Shown here piece by piece: positions 9,169-17,948 of a stretch of DNA of 64,000 bases. Made by a program: the position numbers and the translations under genes. The notes below the pieces were generated by a model that was given only the letters and a program-made list of their open reading frames with translations, was not told where the DNA came from and did no database searches. Position 1 is the stretch's first letter. Every line of letters starts with the position of its first letter. Origin of the DNA: a virus; IMG/VR virus record IMGVR_UViG_3300025892_000009. The stretch is one strand, 5' to 3'.

Positions 9169-9224
9169 ACTATAAGACCCCATGGAGGAATTTCCATGGG
9201 GTCTGTGACGCTTCTTAGACTGTC
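9169..9224 (-). promoter_or_regulatory. Promoter for the peptidase/vWA gene: -10 TATAGT, hairpin spacer, upstream 20-bp motif
   Basis: TATAGT at 9174-9169; 12-bp perfect inverted repeat 9175-9204; GACAGTCTAAGAAGCGTCAC at 9224-9205. Confidence 0.6.
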
Positions 9225-10924
9225 TGGAGTTTTGAGAAATCATTAACTTTCTCAAACTGGAGGGTAGTTTCAAACTTATCTAAGAGGACCTCACCCTTGT
9301 GAGATATCACAAATAGATTAGTATTCTTATCAAGACCCTTCAGGATCTTCATCAACTCATCTGTAGCAGTCGAGTCTAAAGATGAATCGAAAATTTCATC
9401 CAGAATCAAAAGATTTGTGGATGCTGAGTTTTTCATCTTAGCAATATCACGCCATGTAAACAACAGTGCTAGATCAATCTTTTGCTTCTCACCCTCTGAG
9501 AAAGAGGCATAAGAAAACTCATCACGAAACCGAGACCTAATGATCTCATTGAATCCTTCATCCAGAGTGAAGTTTACGAAGAAGTCCATACTCTGAAGAT
9601 ATTTATTAATCTGCAGATTAATAACAGGAATAAACTTACTAATGATCTTAGATTTAATACCAGTATCTTTTAGAAGATTTGATACTAATGAAAAATTTGC
9701 AAAGTCGGTATTAACATTTGCACATTTTTGCATGGTGCTATTCAACTCATCTTCATAAGATTTGAGTTTTGATTCTTCAACATCAATACCAGGAGTATCT
9801 TGATTGACCATCTCCATGATGCTAGCATTTTCTTTAAGAAGTTTAGTATTCTCCTTCTGTCGTGATGTAGTATCAAACTGCAATTCATTAATGAGTTTCA
9901 TTTTTTCCTGATACTCATTAATAATTTTAGATACTGTAGATATCTTATCACTAATTTGAGATACTCCTGCAGTAAACTTTTCTTTTTTATCTTGTGATGC
10001 TGTGATTTTATTTTTTTTAATTTCTAAAGATATATCCTGAGAGCATGTTGGACATGCATCATGATTCTCATAGAAAGCAATTTCTTTAGTTGCTTTATTT
10101 AAATTTTGATTGATCTTAGATCGCATGTCATTAAGTTGATCTTTCTCAGTATTAAACTTAGAGAGATCTGCAACCTCAGAAATAAACTGTGCTGAGTTTT
10201 TTTCATTTGCATTGACTGCATTATTATTGACAATCATACGCCGCTCATTGTCATCAAAACTTGTTTGAAGTTTAGTGATGTAATTTGAATTCATCTTCTT
10301 CAAACTATCACACGATGAACGTTGCATGTTTACCTTAGATTCACACAAAGAAACTTCATGCTCACATGATTTAACCGATTCCTTTACATCTTTAATACGA
10401 TCCTTAAGGATCATATTCATCCTAGAAAAGATTTGAATGTCAAGCAGATCTTCGATAACTTCTCTTCTATGTGCAGCAGGGAGTTGCATAAAAGGAACAA
10501 AAGTGCTACTTCCAAGAATAACAACTTGAGTGAAAGACTTGAAATTAAATTTAAGAATTGATTGCTCCAGATATTTCTGGTAGTCTCGGTTTGCAGCATC
10601 TTGATCGATTAAAGAATCGTTACGGTAGATTTCAAAGATACCAGGTTTGATACCCCGAATAATTTTATACCCCACACTACCAACAGAGAATTCAATTTCA
10701 ACTACACATTCTCTTTCGTTTATACTGTTAACAAGTTGCGGTTTATTAATTTTACGAAATGGTTTATTGAAAAGACCAAAGCACAATGCATCTAACATTG
10801 TAGATTTACCAGCACCATTAGATCCTACAATCAGATGTGTTGGAGAATCCTTTATAGCAACTTCAGTAAATTCATTACCAGTGGAAAGAAAATTCTTCCA
10901 ACGAATCTTTTCAAATAGGATCAT
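9215..10924 (-). CDS. gp46: Recombination endonuclease ATPase subunit (Rad50/SbcC-like)
   Basis: GSNGAGKS, coiled coil with CPTC zinc hook, FSEGEK signature, LILDE. Confidence 0.97.
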   Translation of the reverse strand: MILFEKIRWKNFLSTGNEFTEVAIKDSPTHLIVGSNGAGKSTMLDALCFGLFNKPFRKINKPQLVNSINERECVVEIEFSVGSVGYKIIRGIKPGIFEIYRNDSLIDQDAANRDYQKYLEQSILKFNFKSFTQVVILGSSTFVPFMQLPAAHRREVIEDLLDIQIFSRMNMILKDRIKDVKESVKSCEHEVSLCESKVNMQRSSCDSLKKMNSNYITKLQTSFDDNERRMIVNNNAVNANEKNSAQFISEVADLSKFNTEKDQLNDMRSKINQNLNKATKEIAFYENHDACPTCSQDISLEIKKNKITASQDKKEKFTAGVSQISDKISTVSKIINEYQEKMKLINELQFDTTSRQKENTKLLKENASIMEMVNQDTPGIDVEESKLKSYEDELNSTMQKCANVNTDFANFSLVSNLLKDTGIKSKIISKFIPVINLQINKYLQSMDFFVNFTLDEGFNEIIRSRFRDEFSYASFSEGEKQKIDLALLFTWRDIAKMKNSASTNLLILDEIFDSSLDSTATDELMKILKGLDKNTNLFVISHKGEVLLDKFETTLQFEKVNDFSKLQTV

Positions 10925-11187
10925 TTAGAATTGGGTGGTGGAATAACAAAATCATCTGTAGAAATAATTGTGTACTTATAACCGTATGTTTTACAGTTTT
11001 GCTTTACACTATCTTCTTCTACCTCAGTGACAACTAACTCTTTTCTATAGTTAGCCGACACTAGCATATCATAATAGCGGGTTGCATCATCTTTGTCAAC
11101 GAAGATCTGGACAACACGATCGATAGTGTCATCATCTCTGACAGCATAGACGCCCCCACTACTTTCGTCAACTAAGACAAACATCAT
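10921..11187 (-). CDS. Small conserved cyanophage protein (DUF3110-like) between gp47 and gp46
   Basis: GGVYAV...FVDKDDATRY...DFVIPP; coupled overlaps on both sides. Confidence 0.55.
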   Translation of the reverse strand: MMFVLVDESSGGVYAVRDDDTIDRVVQIFVDKDDATRYYDMLVSANYRKELVVTEVEEDSVKQNCKTYGYKYTIISTDDFVIPPPNSK

Positions 11188-12215
11188 ACCTCCAATGCTT
11201 CGACATATAATGACTTGAGAATTCCATATATTTGATCTTTATTATCAAATTCAGAAACACAAGTTTCAAGAATAGACAAAGTATCTTCAATTTCAATATC
11301 ACTGTTGACTTCTTCTAGATCATATGAAAGATCTTCAATGATCTTAAGATCTGCAAGGTTGGCAGATTGTAATAGTCTAACAACTTTATCAAACTTAACT
11401 TGATCTTCTTTAGATTCTACTACTAGTTTGACAAAAGATCCTTCAAGTTTTTGAAGGTCAGTGTCTGACAAATAGATTGAATCATTATAATAAACTTTAT
11501 TAAAAATATTATATGTGTTTTGAAAAAATTTCAAATCAACAGTATCAGTATTTAGTATATGAAACCCCCTTCTCTGCTTATAGTCATTCCAGAAGAGTTG
11601 GTAGGGATTACCCAAATAATTGATATGGTTTTTACGACTCTTCATATGGAAGTGTCCAGAGCATACCAGATCAAATTTCTCAAAGGGTGATGGATCGTCA
11701 CCATGCTCCATCAGATGACCAGGCACTGCTTCAAATCCATTCAATTCCAGATGCCCCATACAAATCTTAGCATCAGTATCTTGCAAGAGATTAGTTGCTT
11801 GCTCACGATTGCCATCACAGATCCAAGGAAGCAATAGCATCTTTGTGCCATCAAAATCTTTTTCAACTGGAGATTCAATGATATCGATGTTGTCATACCC
11901 ACCTAAGAGGAGACTTGGAGCATTGACCTTTAATGTATTACGATAGTAAATATCATGATTACCACAGAGCATGGTCATCTGAATACCACGATCTGCTAAT
12001 GGTTGAAACCACATCTCCTTAGCAGCATCTAGAGAATTAAAATTAATACTCTTACGTTTATCAAAAGTATCACCCAAACATAAAATGTGAGTAATACCTT
12101 GCTTATCGATTTGTGGTAAAACTATCTCGGAATAAAATTGCTGATACTTTTTGATGAAGTGTTGGTTATCATTACGGACACCAAAGTGCTGATCAGTTAT
12201 CAATAAAAGTTTCAT
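11184..12215 (-). CDS. gp47: Recombination endonuclease nuclease subunit (Mre11/SbcD-like)
   Basis: DQHFG, GDTFD, GNHD, GHLE, SGHFH phosphoesterase motifs. Confidence 0.97.
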   Translation of the reverse strand: MKLLLITDQHFGVRNDNQHFIKKYQQFYSEIVLPQIDKQGITHILCLGDTFDKRKSINFNSLDAAKEMWFQPLADRGIQMTMLCGNHDIYYRNTLKVNAPSLLLGGYDNIDIIESPVEKDFDGTKMLLLPWICDGNREQATNLLQDTDAKICMGHLELNGFEAVPGHLMEHGDDPSPFEKFDLVCSGHFHMKSRKNHINYLGNPYQLFWNDYKQRRGFHILNTDTVDLKFFQNTYNIFNKVYYNDSIYLSDTDLQKLEGSFVKLVVESKEDQVKFDKVVRLLQSANLADLKIIEDLSYDLEEVNSDIEIEDTLSILETCVSEFDNKDQIYGILKSLYVEALEV

Positions 12216-12378
12216 ACTGAATTACGAAGCGTTTGTATTGTGTAATACCTTTGTCATTGACCACTGTATGTGTAACGACTTTACTTTTTAGTAGCGATGC
12301 TGCCTGATTAAGTAGTTGCACTGCTTTATCTTCTGTGGAAGATGTTGGTTTAGACCAGTAATCTTGAATAGAATCCAT
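12193..12378 (-). CDS. Hypothetical protein
   Basis: 61-aa ORF filling the gp55-gp47 gap, coupled to the gp55 stop. Confidence 0.6.
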   Translation of the reverse strand: MDSIQDYWSKPTSSTEDKAVQLLNQAASLLKSKVVTHTVVNDKGITQYKRFVIQYETFIDN

Positions 12379-12860
12379 CAGTACCTCATATTAGTTTCGA
12401 TTCTATTCTTGATAGAATTCAAATCGGAATGGTTGTCATTGTCATCACTATGAAAGACTTGATCATAACCATTTTTCTCAATTAGTTTATCACGAATATC
12501 CATCTGTCGTTTTTCTTTTGCAATACGACGGAGGAATGCATAATAAATGATTTGTGTAAAATATGCAAATGGATTCTTTGACTTCTCAGGATCAAAGTTA
12601 TCGATATACTGCACACAGTTTTCAACACCATCACTAATCATGTCTTCTTTAAACATGTAGTTAATGAAGTTAGGGCGATAAGAAAGATGAGTAGCAATCT
12701 TCAGAAAGCATTCTGCTAGGTAATGTGTGATCAACGGTTTAGGTTTATCCAACATCTTTGCTTCTTTAACCTCCTGCCTATATGCAGTGATTGCTTTTAG
12801 AAACTCTTTATTATCAACATAGTGTTGTTTCTTTTTTGGAGACATTACTTTTGCTAGCAT
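12378..12860 (-). CDS. gp55: Late-transcription sigma factor
   Basis: HYVDNKEF, NFINYMFKEDMISDGVENC, NPFAYFTQIIYYAFLRRI. Confidence 0.96.
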   Translation of the reverse strand: MLAKVMSPKKKQHYVDNKEFLKAITAYRQEVKEAKMLDKPKPLITHYLAECFLKIATHLSYRPNFINYMFKEDMISDGVENCVQYIDNFDPEKSKNPFAYFTQIIYYAFLRRIAKEKRQMDIRDKLIEKNGYDQVFHSDDNDNHSDLNSIKNRIETNMRY

Positions 12861-12882
12861 ATCTTTTACATATCATGAAACC

Positions 12883-12911
12883 ATAATACTAACTAATCAA
12901 TCATATGTCAA
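12883..12911 (-). promoter_or_regulatory. sigma70 promoter for gp55
   Basis: TTGACA (12911-12906), 17 nt, TATTAT (12888-12883). Confidence 0.8.
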
Positions 12912-12913
12912 GC

Positions 12914-12960
12914 TTGACTATTCTAGTAATTATTATTATAATCAACCATGTAAGGGTTGA
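12914..12960 (+). promoter_or_regulatory. Antisense sigma70 promoter with TCAACC-N7-GGTTGA element (copy 1)
   Basis: TTGACT (12914-12919), 17 nt, TATAAT (12937-12942), then CAACCATGTAAGGGTTGA. No plus-strand gene follows. Confidence 0.7.
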
Positions 12961-12970
12961 AAAGGAACTC

Positions 12971-13393
12971 TTAAAGGTTCTTCCATTGGTCTTCTAGTTT
13001 CTTTCTCATCTCTGAAACTTTACCGACTAGACCCATATTTTCATTGATGGGTGTTTCAAACTCAGCAGTATCTTCACCTGATTCTTTTCTCAACCAAAAT
13101 TTATACATAATAATTGCTTCCATTGACATGGGTGCAATAGTCACAATATCAGATTCTCTTACAATATAAAAGTCTTCATCCGACCACATCATCCATTTAG
13201 ATAATCCCATTGCCATAACAATTTGACCATCCTTTTCAATAGGATTCATTGATGGTGTTGCTGGATCTGAAATGAAAAGTATACTCTCATCATTTTCTTC
13301 TGTAGCAATTAGATTGCCCAAGATCTCTTCTCCAGATACTAACTTAATAGTCCCGTAGAATTCGTTGTCGTGGCGGATATAATTAATTGTCAT
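12971..13393 (-). CDS. Conserved hypothetical protein downstream of uvsW (possible Sm-like beta fold)
   Basis: FYGTIKLVSGEEILG...KWM N-terminus; ATGA coupling to uvsW. Confidence 0.7.
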   Translation of the reverse strand: MTINYIRHDNEFYGTIKLVSGEEILGNLIATEENDESILFISDPATPSMNPIEKDGQIVMAMGLSKWMMWSDEDFYIVRESDIVTIAPMSMEAIIMYKFWLRKESGEDTAEFETPINENMGLVGKVSEMRKKLEDQWKNL

Positions 13394-14853
13394 TTCCTAA
13401 AATTTATTTTAGTAACTTCATAGTTAAATTTTTCTTCATCATATATTTTCATTCTTTCGACAAGATGTCTTAAAGTATAATTATGATGATTACCTTTGGA
13501 GCAATCATCTGCAATGTCATACAGCACTGCTTGTGCTTTGTTATCCCCTTTACGCAAGACACGTCCAATAGACTGGAGGTTTCTTACTCGTGATTTGGAT
13601 GGACTTGCAAAGATTACATTATGTAGATTACGAATGTTAATGCCTGTAGAGAATGTGCCATAGGATGCAAGAATGATTGCATCTTTTTCCTGCTCACATA
13701 TCCTGCGAGCCTCTTCTCTTTCAACAGCATCTACACCACCATGAATAAAGAAGATCTTTCGATTTTCATTCACCTTAGTATTTAGTAACTCCCAAAGAGG
13801 GTCTCCGTGCTTTTCAATGTAGTTGAATAGAATCAAAGTGTTACCATCCAAATCATTCGCTAAGTTACAAATTAACTTATTTCTCTTTGGATGTGATATT
13901 ATATAATCCATCTCCTGTTGATAGTGATCAAATGGCACATGACCATGTTTTAGTAGAAGGATCTTTACCTGAAGGGGAGTCAGTTGACCTTTTGCCATCA
14001 ACTCTGCCGTTGAGGTCACCTTGTCGCAGCGCCCAAATAAACCCTCAAGAACCAGTTGATGAGTGTGCATCCCATCCAACGTGCCTGTCAGCCCAACTCT
14101 ATACTTTGCGTCATAACATTTCGTCAAAATGCCAGTAAGACTTTTTGCTTTGTATAGGTGTGCTTCGTCTCCAATAACTACATCAAATTTTGCAAAAAAT
14201 TTACGAGATTCTTTATAGATGCTTTGCCATGTAGAAATTACAACAGGGGCATCAGTATACTTCTCACGTCCTCCCATAATTTGATGCACATAAGAGTCTG
14301 CTGACCACCCATAATCTTTAAAGTCATTTGTTAGTTGAGACACCAAAGATGTAGTAGGCACAATGATAAGTATTTGTCTATCCTGTTTCAGATGCCAACG
14401 AACTAATGCGTAAATAATTAATGATTTGCCTGATCCCGTGGGGGATAGTAAAAGTTTGCGACGATATTTAAGTGCTGAGAAAACTGCCTTGAGTTGGTAA
14501 TCTCGGATCTTGAAAGGTAATCCCAGAGTCCTAATAAAAAACGCTGTGCTTTCAGGTGTGACATAATCTTCCTCTACATCAGGTAATCCATAGTAGTTGT
14601 TATCTTTTATGATATATTCATACCCTTTATCTTCTAGGTATTCACACAGATAATCGTAAAGACCCACATATATTTCCCCAGTGCCAGGAGAATATAAGCG
14701 GATCTTTCCATCCCATACTCGATTTTTATATTGGGGCATAAACTTTGCACCAGGAACATCAAATGAAAAGTGCTCACTTAATTCCTTATGCAGATGCTGC
14801 TCCCCTTCAACTTTTAGGTAAACTTCATTCTTCTTACTGATAGTAACAGTCAT
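13390..14853 (-). CDS. uvsW: UvsW SF2 helicase
   Basis: SPTGSGKS, DEAH, GLTGT, QSIGRVLR. Confidence 0.97.
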   Translation of the reverse strand: MTVTISKKNEVYLKVEGEQHLHKELSEHFSFDVPGAKFMPQYKNRVWDGKIRLYSPGTGEIYVGLYDYLCEYLEDKGYEYIIKDNNYYGLPDVEEDYVTPESTAFFIRTLGLPFKIRDYQLKAVFSALKYRRKLLLSPTGSGKSLIIYALVRWHLKQDRQILIIVPTTSLVSQLTNDFKDYGWSADSYVHQIMGGREKYTDAPVVISTWQSIYKESRKFFAKFDVVIGDEAHLYKAKSLTGILTKCYDAKYRVGLTGTLDGMHTHQLVLEGLFGRCDKVTSTAELMAKGQLTPLQVKILLLKHGHVPFDHYQQEMDYIISHPKRNKLICNLANDLDGNTLILFNYIEKHGDPLWELLNTKVNENRKIFFIHGGVDAVEREEARRICEQEKDAIILASYGTFSTGINIRNLHNVIFASPSKSRVRNLQSIGRVLRKGDNKAQAVLYDIADDCSKGNHHNYTLRHLVERMKIYDEEKFNYEVTKINFRK

Positions 14854-15293
14854 CTAATACCATAATACTTCACAATATCAATAGTATTCTTAATAGCAAA
14901 TCCACGACTGTCGATCTGTTTAAGTATCCTATCAATACAATTTATACAAGTTTCAAGGTAGTCAATTTTCTGTTGTGCTTTAGTTAAGTCTGGATCGCTA
15001 TCAATGTAAATACTCAGATCACCTTTCAATACTTTCAATAGGAAGGGTTTCTCTTTATATACCGAGGCAGGTGCTTTACCTGAATAGTATTCAAACTTCT
15101 CACGCAGTAATACCTTGCGCTTTACGTCTGCTTCTGATAGCATCAGTTTGAATTGATTATAAAATTGGATATATTTTGCATGTAGTCTAGGTGTTTCCAT
15201 GCTATCATTTGCCAATAGTTCAGGCAACTCTCTATGATCAAAGAATGATTCTGAATCCTTTGCCCACATCTCCTCAATTTTTTCTAGATTCAT
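14850..15293 (-). CDS. uvsY: Recombination mediator UvsY
   Basis: LHAKY...EYYSGKA...YIDSD...RGFAIKN; upstream of uvsW. Confidence 0.9.
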   Translation of the reverse strand: MNLEKIEEMWAKDSESFFDHRELPELLANDSMETPRLHAKYIQFYNQFKLMLSEADVKRKVLLREKFEYYSGKAPASVYKEKPFLLKVLKGDLSIYIDSDPDLTKAQQKIDYLETCINCIDRILKQIDSRGFAIKNTIDIVKYYGIR

Positions 15294-15847
15294 TAACTAA
15301 GTCTCTTATCGCGAGTATTCAATTCACCTTGTCGGATTTCATATCCAAGATATCTAAATTGGACTGATGCCATGGCATACTCTGTGCCATCAATTGTAGC
15401 ATTAAATTCGAGTGCTGACAAACTTATAGGGAATAAGTCTTTAAACACCACGTTAAAATTCATGTTGAAGTTACTGTTGAGCACAGTCAACGTGCCATCA
15501 GCATATAGATCATTGTTTCCAAATAGTGCTTGCATCTTTGTGCGATACTCGGATCTTTCAAAGACCGTATCTGGAGTACCTAGACCACGCAACCAGTTGT
15601 GGAGAATCATAAAATTTTCAAGATCCTCATCAATAATAAATTGAAGTTGGAAAGGATCATATTCTGCAAACCCTTCTATTGGCAATCCACGCAGCGGTGT
15701 AGATTGATTTGCTACGTTGACGTTAATAGAAGGGATGTTTGCTGACTGAGCAAAGTAGGCAATCTTTGGGAAACGAGCTAAACTAAACTTAAATCCAATT
15801 GGAGATAAGAAGTTTTGATTCTCAATCTGTTTATTCCAGGTTGCCAT
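15293..15847 (-). CDS. gp3: Tail tube terminator / tail completion protein
   Basis: NFLSPIGFKF, FAQSANIP, FIIDEDLENF, FKDLFPISLS tube-like motifs; position before uvsY. Confidence 0.85.
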   Translation of the reverse strand: MATWNKQIENQNFLSPIGFKFSLARFPKIAYFAQSANIPSINVNVANQSTPLRGLPIEGFAEYDPFQLQFIIDEDLENFMILHNWLRGLGTPDTVFERSEYRTKMQALFGNNDLYADGTLTVLNSNFNMNFNVVFKDLFPISLSALEFNATIDGTEYAMASVQFRYLGYEIRQGELNTRDKRLS

Positions 15848-15867
15848 AAGACATACTATGCTACATC

Positions 15868-16026
15868 TTATTTATCTTCATTATGCCAGAAGTCTTCCCA
15901 GTCTTCTTTAGTTACTTCTACTTCCTTCCAACTTCCACCAACACCACCATCCATGTTGACGACAATATCTTTATCTGGTTTGATACCTTCTGGAAGTAGA
16001 TCATCAATAAAATCTAAGTCTCTCAT
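15868..16026 (-). CDS. 52-aa acidic hypothetical protein (not in track)
   Basis: Hand translation MRDLDFIDDLLPEGIKPDKDIVVNMDGGVGGSWKEVEVTKEDWEDFWHNEDK; ATGA overlap with the upstream ORF. Confidence 0.7.
   Translation of the reverse strand: MRDLDFIDDLLPEGIKPDKDIVVNMDGGVGGSWKEVEVTKEDWEDFWHNEDK
15869..15876 (-). promoter_or_regulatory. T4-type late promoter for gp3
   Basis: GATAAATA about 20 nt upstream of the gp3 ATG. Confidence 0.55.
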
Positions 16027-16187
16027 GTGCGCCATTCTTGTAGGATGTTTAAGACTTCATTATAGGCATTATGAGCACCTTTGTGGAATTCTTCATTTTT
16101 ATTTTCAGATTCCCGATCATACAATGATGTCTTCAACTTATGTATCCTACATTCTAATTCATTTTTATTCATAGGATTTCTAGGCAT
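16023..16187 (-). CDS. 54-aa hypothetical protein (not in track)
   Basis: MPRNPMNKNELECRIHKLKTSLYDRESENKNEEFHKGAHNAYNEVLNILQEWRT; GAGGA Shine-Dalgarno upstream. Confidence 0.75.
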   Translation of the reverse strand: MPRNPMNKNELECRIHKLKTSLYDRESENKNEEFHKGAHNAYNEVLNILQEWRT

Positions 16188-16198
16188 ACTGTCCTCAC

Positions 16199-16214
16199 AT
16201 TATACAGTATTTAA
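16199..16214 (-). promoter_or_regulatory. Candidate promoter (TTAAATA late-like box next to TATAAT)
   Basis: TTAAATACTGTATAAT immediately after a terminator and before the 54-aa ORF. Confidence 0.45.
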
Positions 16215-16215
16215 C

Positions 16216-16239
16216 AAAAAAGCACCCACTAGGGGTGCT
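16216..16239 (-). terminator. Rho-independent terminator
   Basis: AGCACCCC-TAGT-GGGTGCT followed by TTTTT. Confidence 0.8.
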
Positions 16240-16266
16240 GTCACAGGGTTTACTGTTAGGACATTC

Positions 16267-16425
16267 TCATATAAGTAACTCCTTACAGATTTTTTTACAT
16301 GATGTATGATTTTGAATATCGCACTCAATTAGGCATTCATAATAATCATTTAAGTTTGCCTCTTCAACAGTTTCCTCAAAATGTCTCCACTCGTTGAGTT
16401 GATTTCTTGATGTTAAATTGTGCAT
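16267..16425 (-). CDS. 52-aa twin CX3C protein (not in track)
   Basis: MHNLTSRNQLNEWRHFEETVEEANLNDYYECLIECDIQNHTSCKKICKELLI; AAGGTGG Shine-Dalgarno. Confidence 0.8.
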   Translation of the reverse strand: MHNLTSRNQLNEWRHFEETVEEANLNDYYECLIECDIQNHTSCKKICKELLI

Positions 16426-16494
16426 TTCTTCCACCTTAAGTTTAAAATATAATGTAAAGGATTTTCAGATCATGGTAGTCTCTAATTCTGTTAC

Positions 16495-16501
16495 TATTTA
16501 G
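16495..16501 (-). promoter_or_regulatory. Late promoter for the twin-CX3C gene
   Basis: CTAAATA downstream of the gp23 terminator. Confidence 0.55.
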
Positions 16502-16534
16502 TCAGCGTATGCTAACTTAATGAAGAAAAGGCAC

Positions 16535-16560
16535 AAAAAAAGAGACCCCGTAGGGTCTCT
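16535..16560 (-). terminator. gp23 terminator
   Basis: AGAGACCC-TACG-GGGTCTCT followed by a T run. Confidence 0.9.
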
Positions 16561-16580
16561 GTGAAGATTGTGATCTCTGA

Positions 16581-17948
16581 TCACATGAGGTTGGTAACCT
16601 TAACGCGACGGTAGTAGCGGTTGAGGTTAGCATTGAGAGCGCCTTGACCCTGTGTGAGACCTTCAGCGAAGGGATTTGCGACCATGCCGTAGCGGGTCTT
16701 AAATCCGATCTTGGGTTGGAAGGTGTCCTGACCCACTGCACGGACCATCTGGAGAGGCACGTAAGGGCAGTAGAAGAGACCTGCGTCATAAGCACTGCTG
16801 CCTTTGTAACCAGACACGTAGAAGTGGTTATCGGAAACGTTAGCAGAGTAAGGATCGACATACACCTTGATGCGACCGTTGAGGGTGCCCACCAGAGTGG
16901 AGGAGTTGTCGTCAACTTGACCCAATCCACCAACAGCACCAGAGATGCCACTGGAGTAGTCGAGCACGCCAGCCATGGAGAGAGCAGATGCCACATCAGC
17001 AGAGCAGATGAGGATGTTGCCTTTCCCGCGACGAGTCTCATGACCGATTGCATTCATGTCTCTCTCAATTTGGAAGAGAAGACCTTTGAATTTCTCAACA
17101 GACCAGCGACCGTTGGAGTCAACGTCGAGGTCAAACGTGCCTGCAGTTGCAGTGTTGTTCTGAGCACCAGGACGAGCAATCTTGTAAACAGTACGGACAA
17201 CCTCACGGTTGATCTCTGCCAGCACTTCAGTGCTGAGGATGTTTGCAAGCTCGCTTTCGGCATCCAGACCATGGACTGCCTTAAGGTCCTGAGCAAGCTC
17301 AAGACTGTATTCTGCTTTCAGAGCGCGTGACTTCGCAGTAACGGTGACCTTCTCGATCGAGAAGCCCATTTCGTTGAAGTGGTTGGAAGCGCCATCACCC
17401 AGTGCTTCAGACTGAGCGGTTGTCATGCCCTGACCACCAATGGTGTAGTTACCAGCAGCGTCAGCAAGCAGACCAGGATTAGATCCAGTCTGAGTGTTGG
17501 ATGCAAGACCGTTTGCACTATTCTCGGAAGAATGCTCAGAGTTAGCTTCGTTGAAGAATGCCTCAACAGCACTGTTGTTGATGTCTCTGTTGGTGCCCTG
17601 TGTGGAGCGCATCGCGAAGATGAGTCCAGTAGGACCTGTCATAGGCTGGACGCCACAGATGTCATAAGCAATAAGCTTAGGCATCGAGCGACGGATGAGA
17701 CTGATCAGCACAGGGTCGAAACCTGCAACAGGACCAGTTGCGGTGCTACCGCCACTGAAACCAGTACCGCCCAAGCTGTTGGTAGGTGCTGCTTCGTTGA
17801 TCATCCCACGCTCTTCGCGGAGGAAATTTTCTTGGTTTTCCAGGAGGACCGAGGTAACCGCCTTTCTGTATGAATCCTTAATAGGATCGAGCTCCGAATG
17901 CTCAAGAATGGGGTTCCACTTTTCCTGGAGATGTTCTGCGTTAAACAT
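16581..17948 (-). CDS. gp23: Major capsid protein
   Basis: AGFDPVLISLIRRSMP, VQPMTGPTGLIFAMR, AKSRALKAEYSLELAQDLKAVHG, YCPYVPLQM. Confidence 0.99.
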   Translation of the reverse strand: MFNAEHLQEKWNPILEHSELDPIKDSYRKAVTSVLLENQENFLREERGMINEAAPTNSLGGTGFSGGSTATGPVAGFDPVLISLIRRSMPKLIAYDICGVQPMTGPTGLIFAMRSTQGTNRDINNSAVEAFFNEANSEHSSENSANGLASNTQTGSNPGLLADAAGNYTIGGQGMTTAQSEALGDGASNHFNEMGFSIEKVTVTAKSRALKAEYSLELAQDLKAVHGLDAESELANILSTEVLAEINREVVRTVYKIARPGAQNNTATAGTFDLDVDSNGRWSVEKFKGLLFQIERDMNAIGHETRRGKGNILICSADVASALSMAGVLDYSSGISGAVGGLGQVDDNSSTLVGTLNGRIKVYVDPYSANVSDNHFYVSGYKGSSAYDAGLFYCPYVPLQMVRAVGQDTFQPKIGFKTRYGMVANPFAEGLTQGQGALNANLNRYYRRVKVTNLM

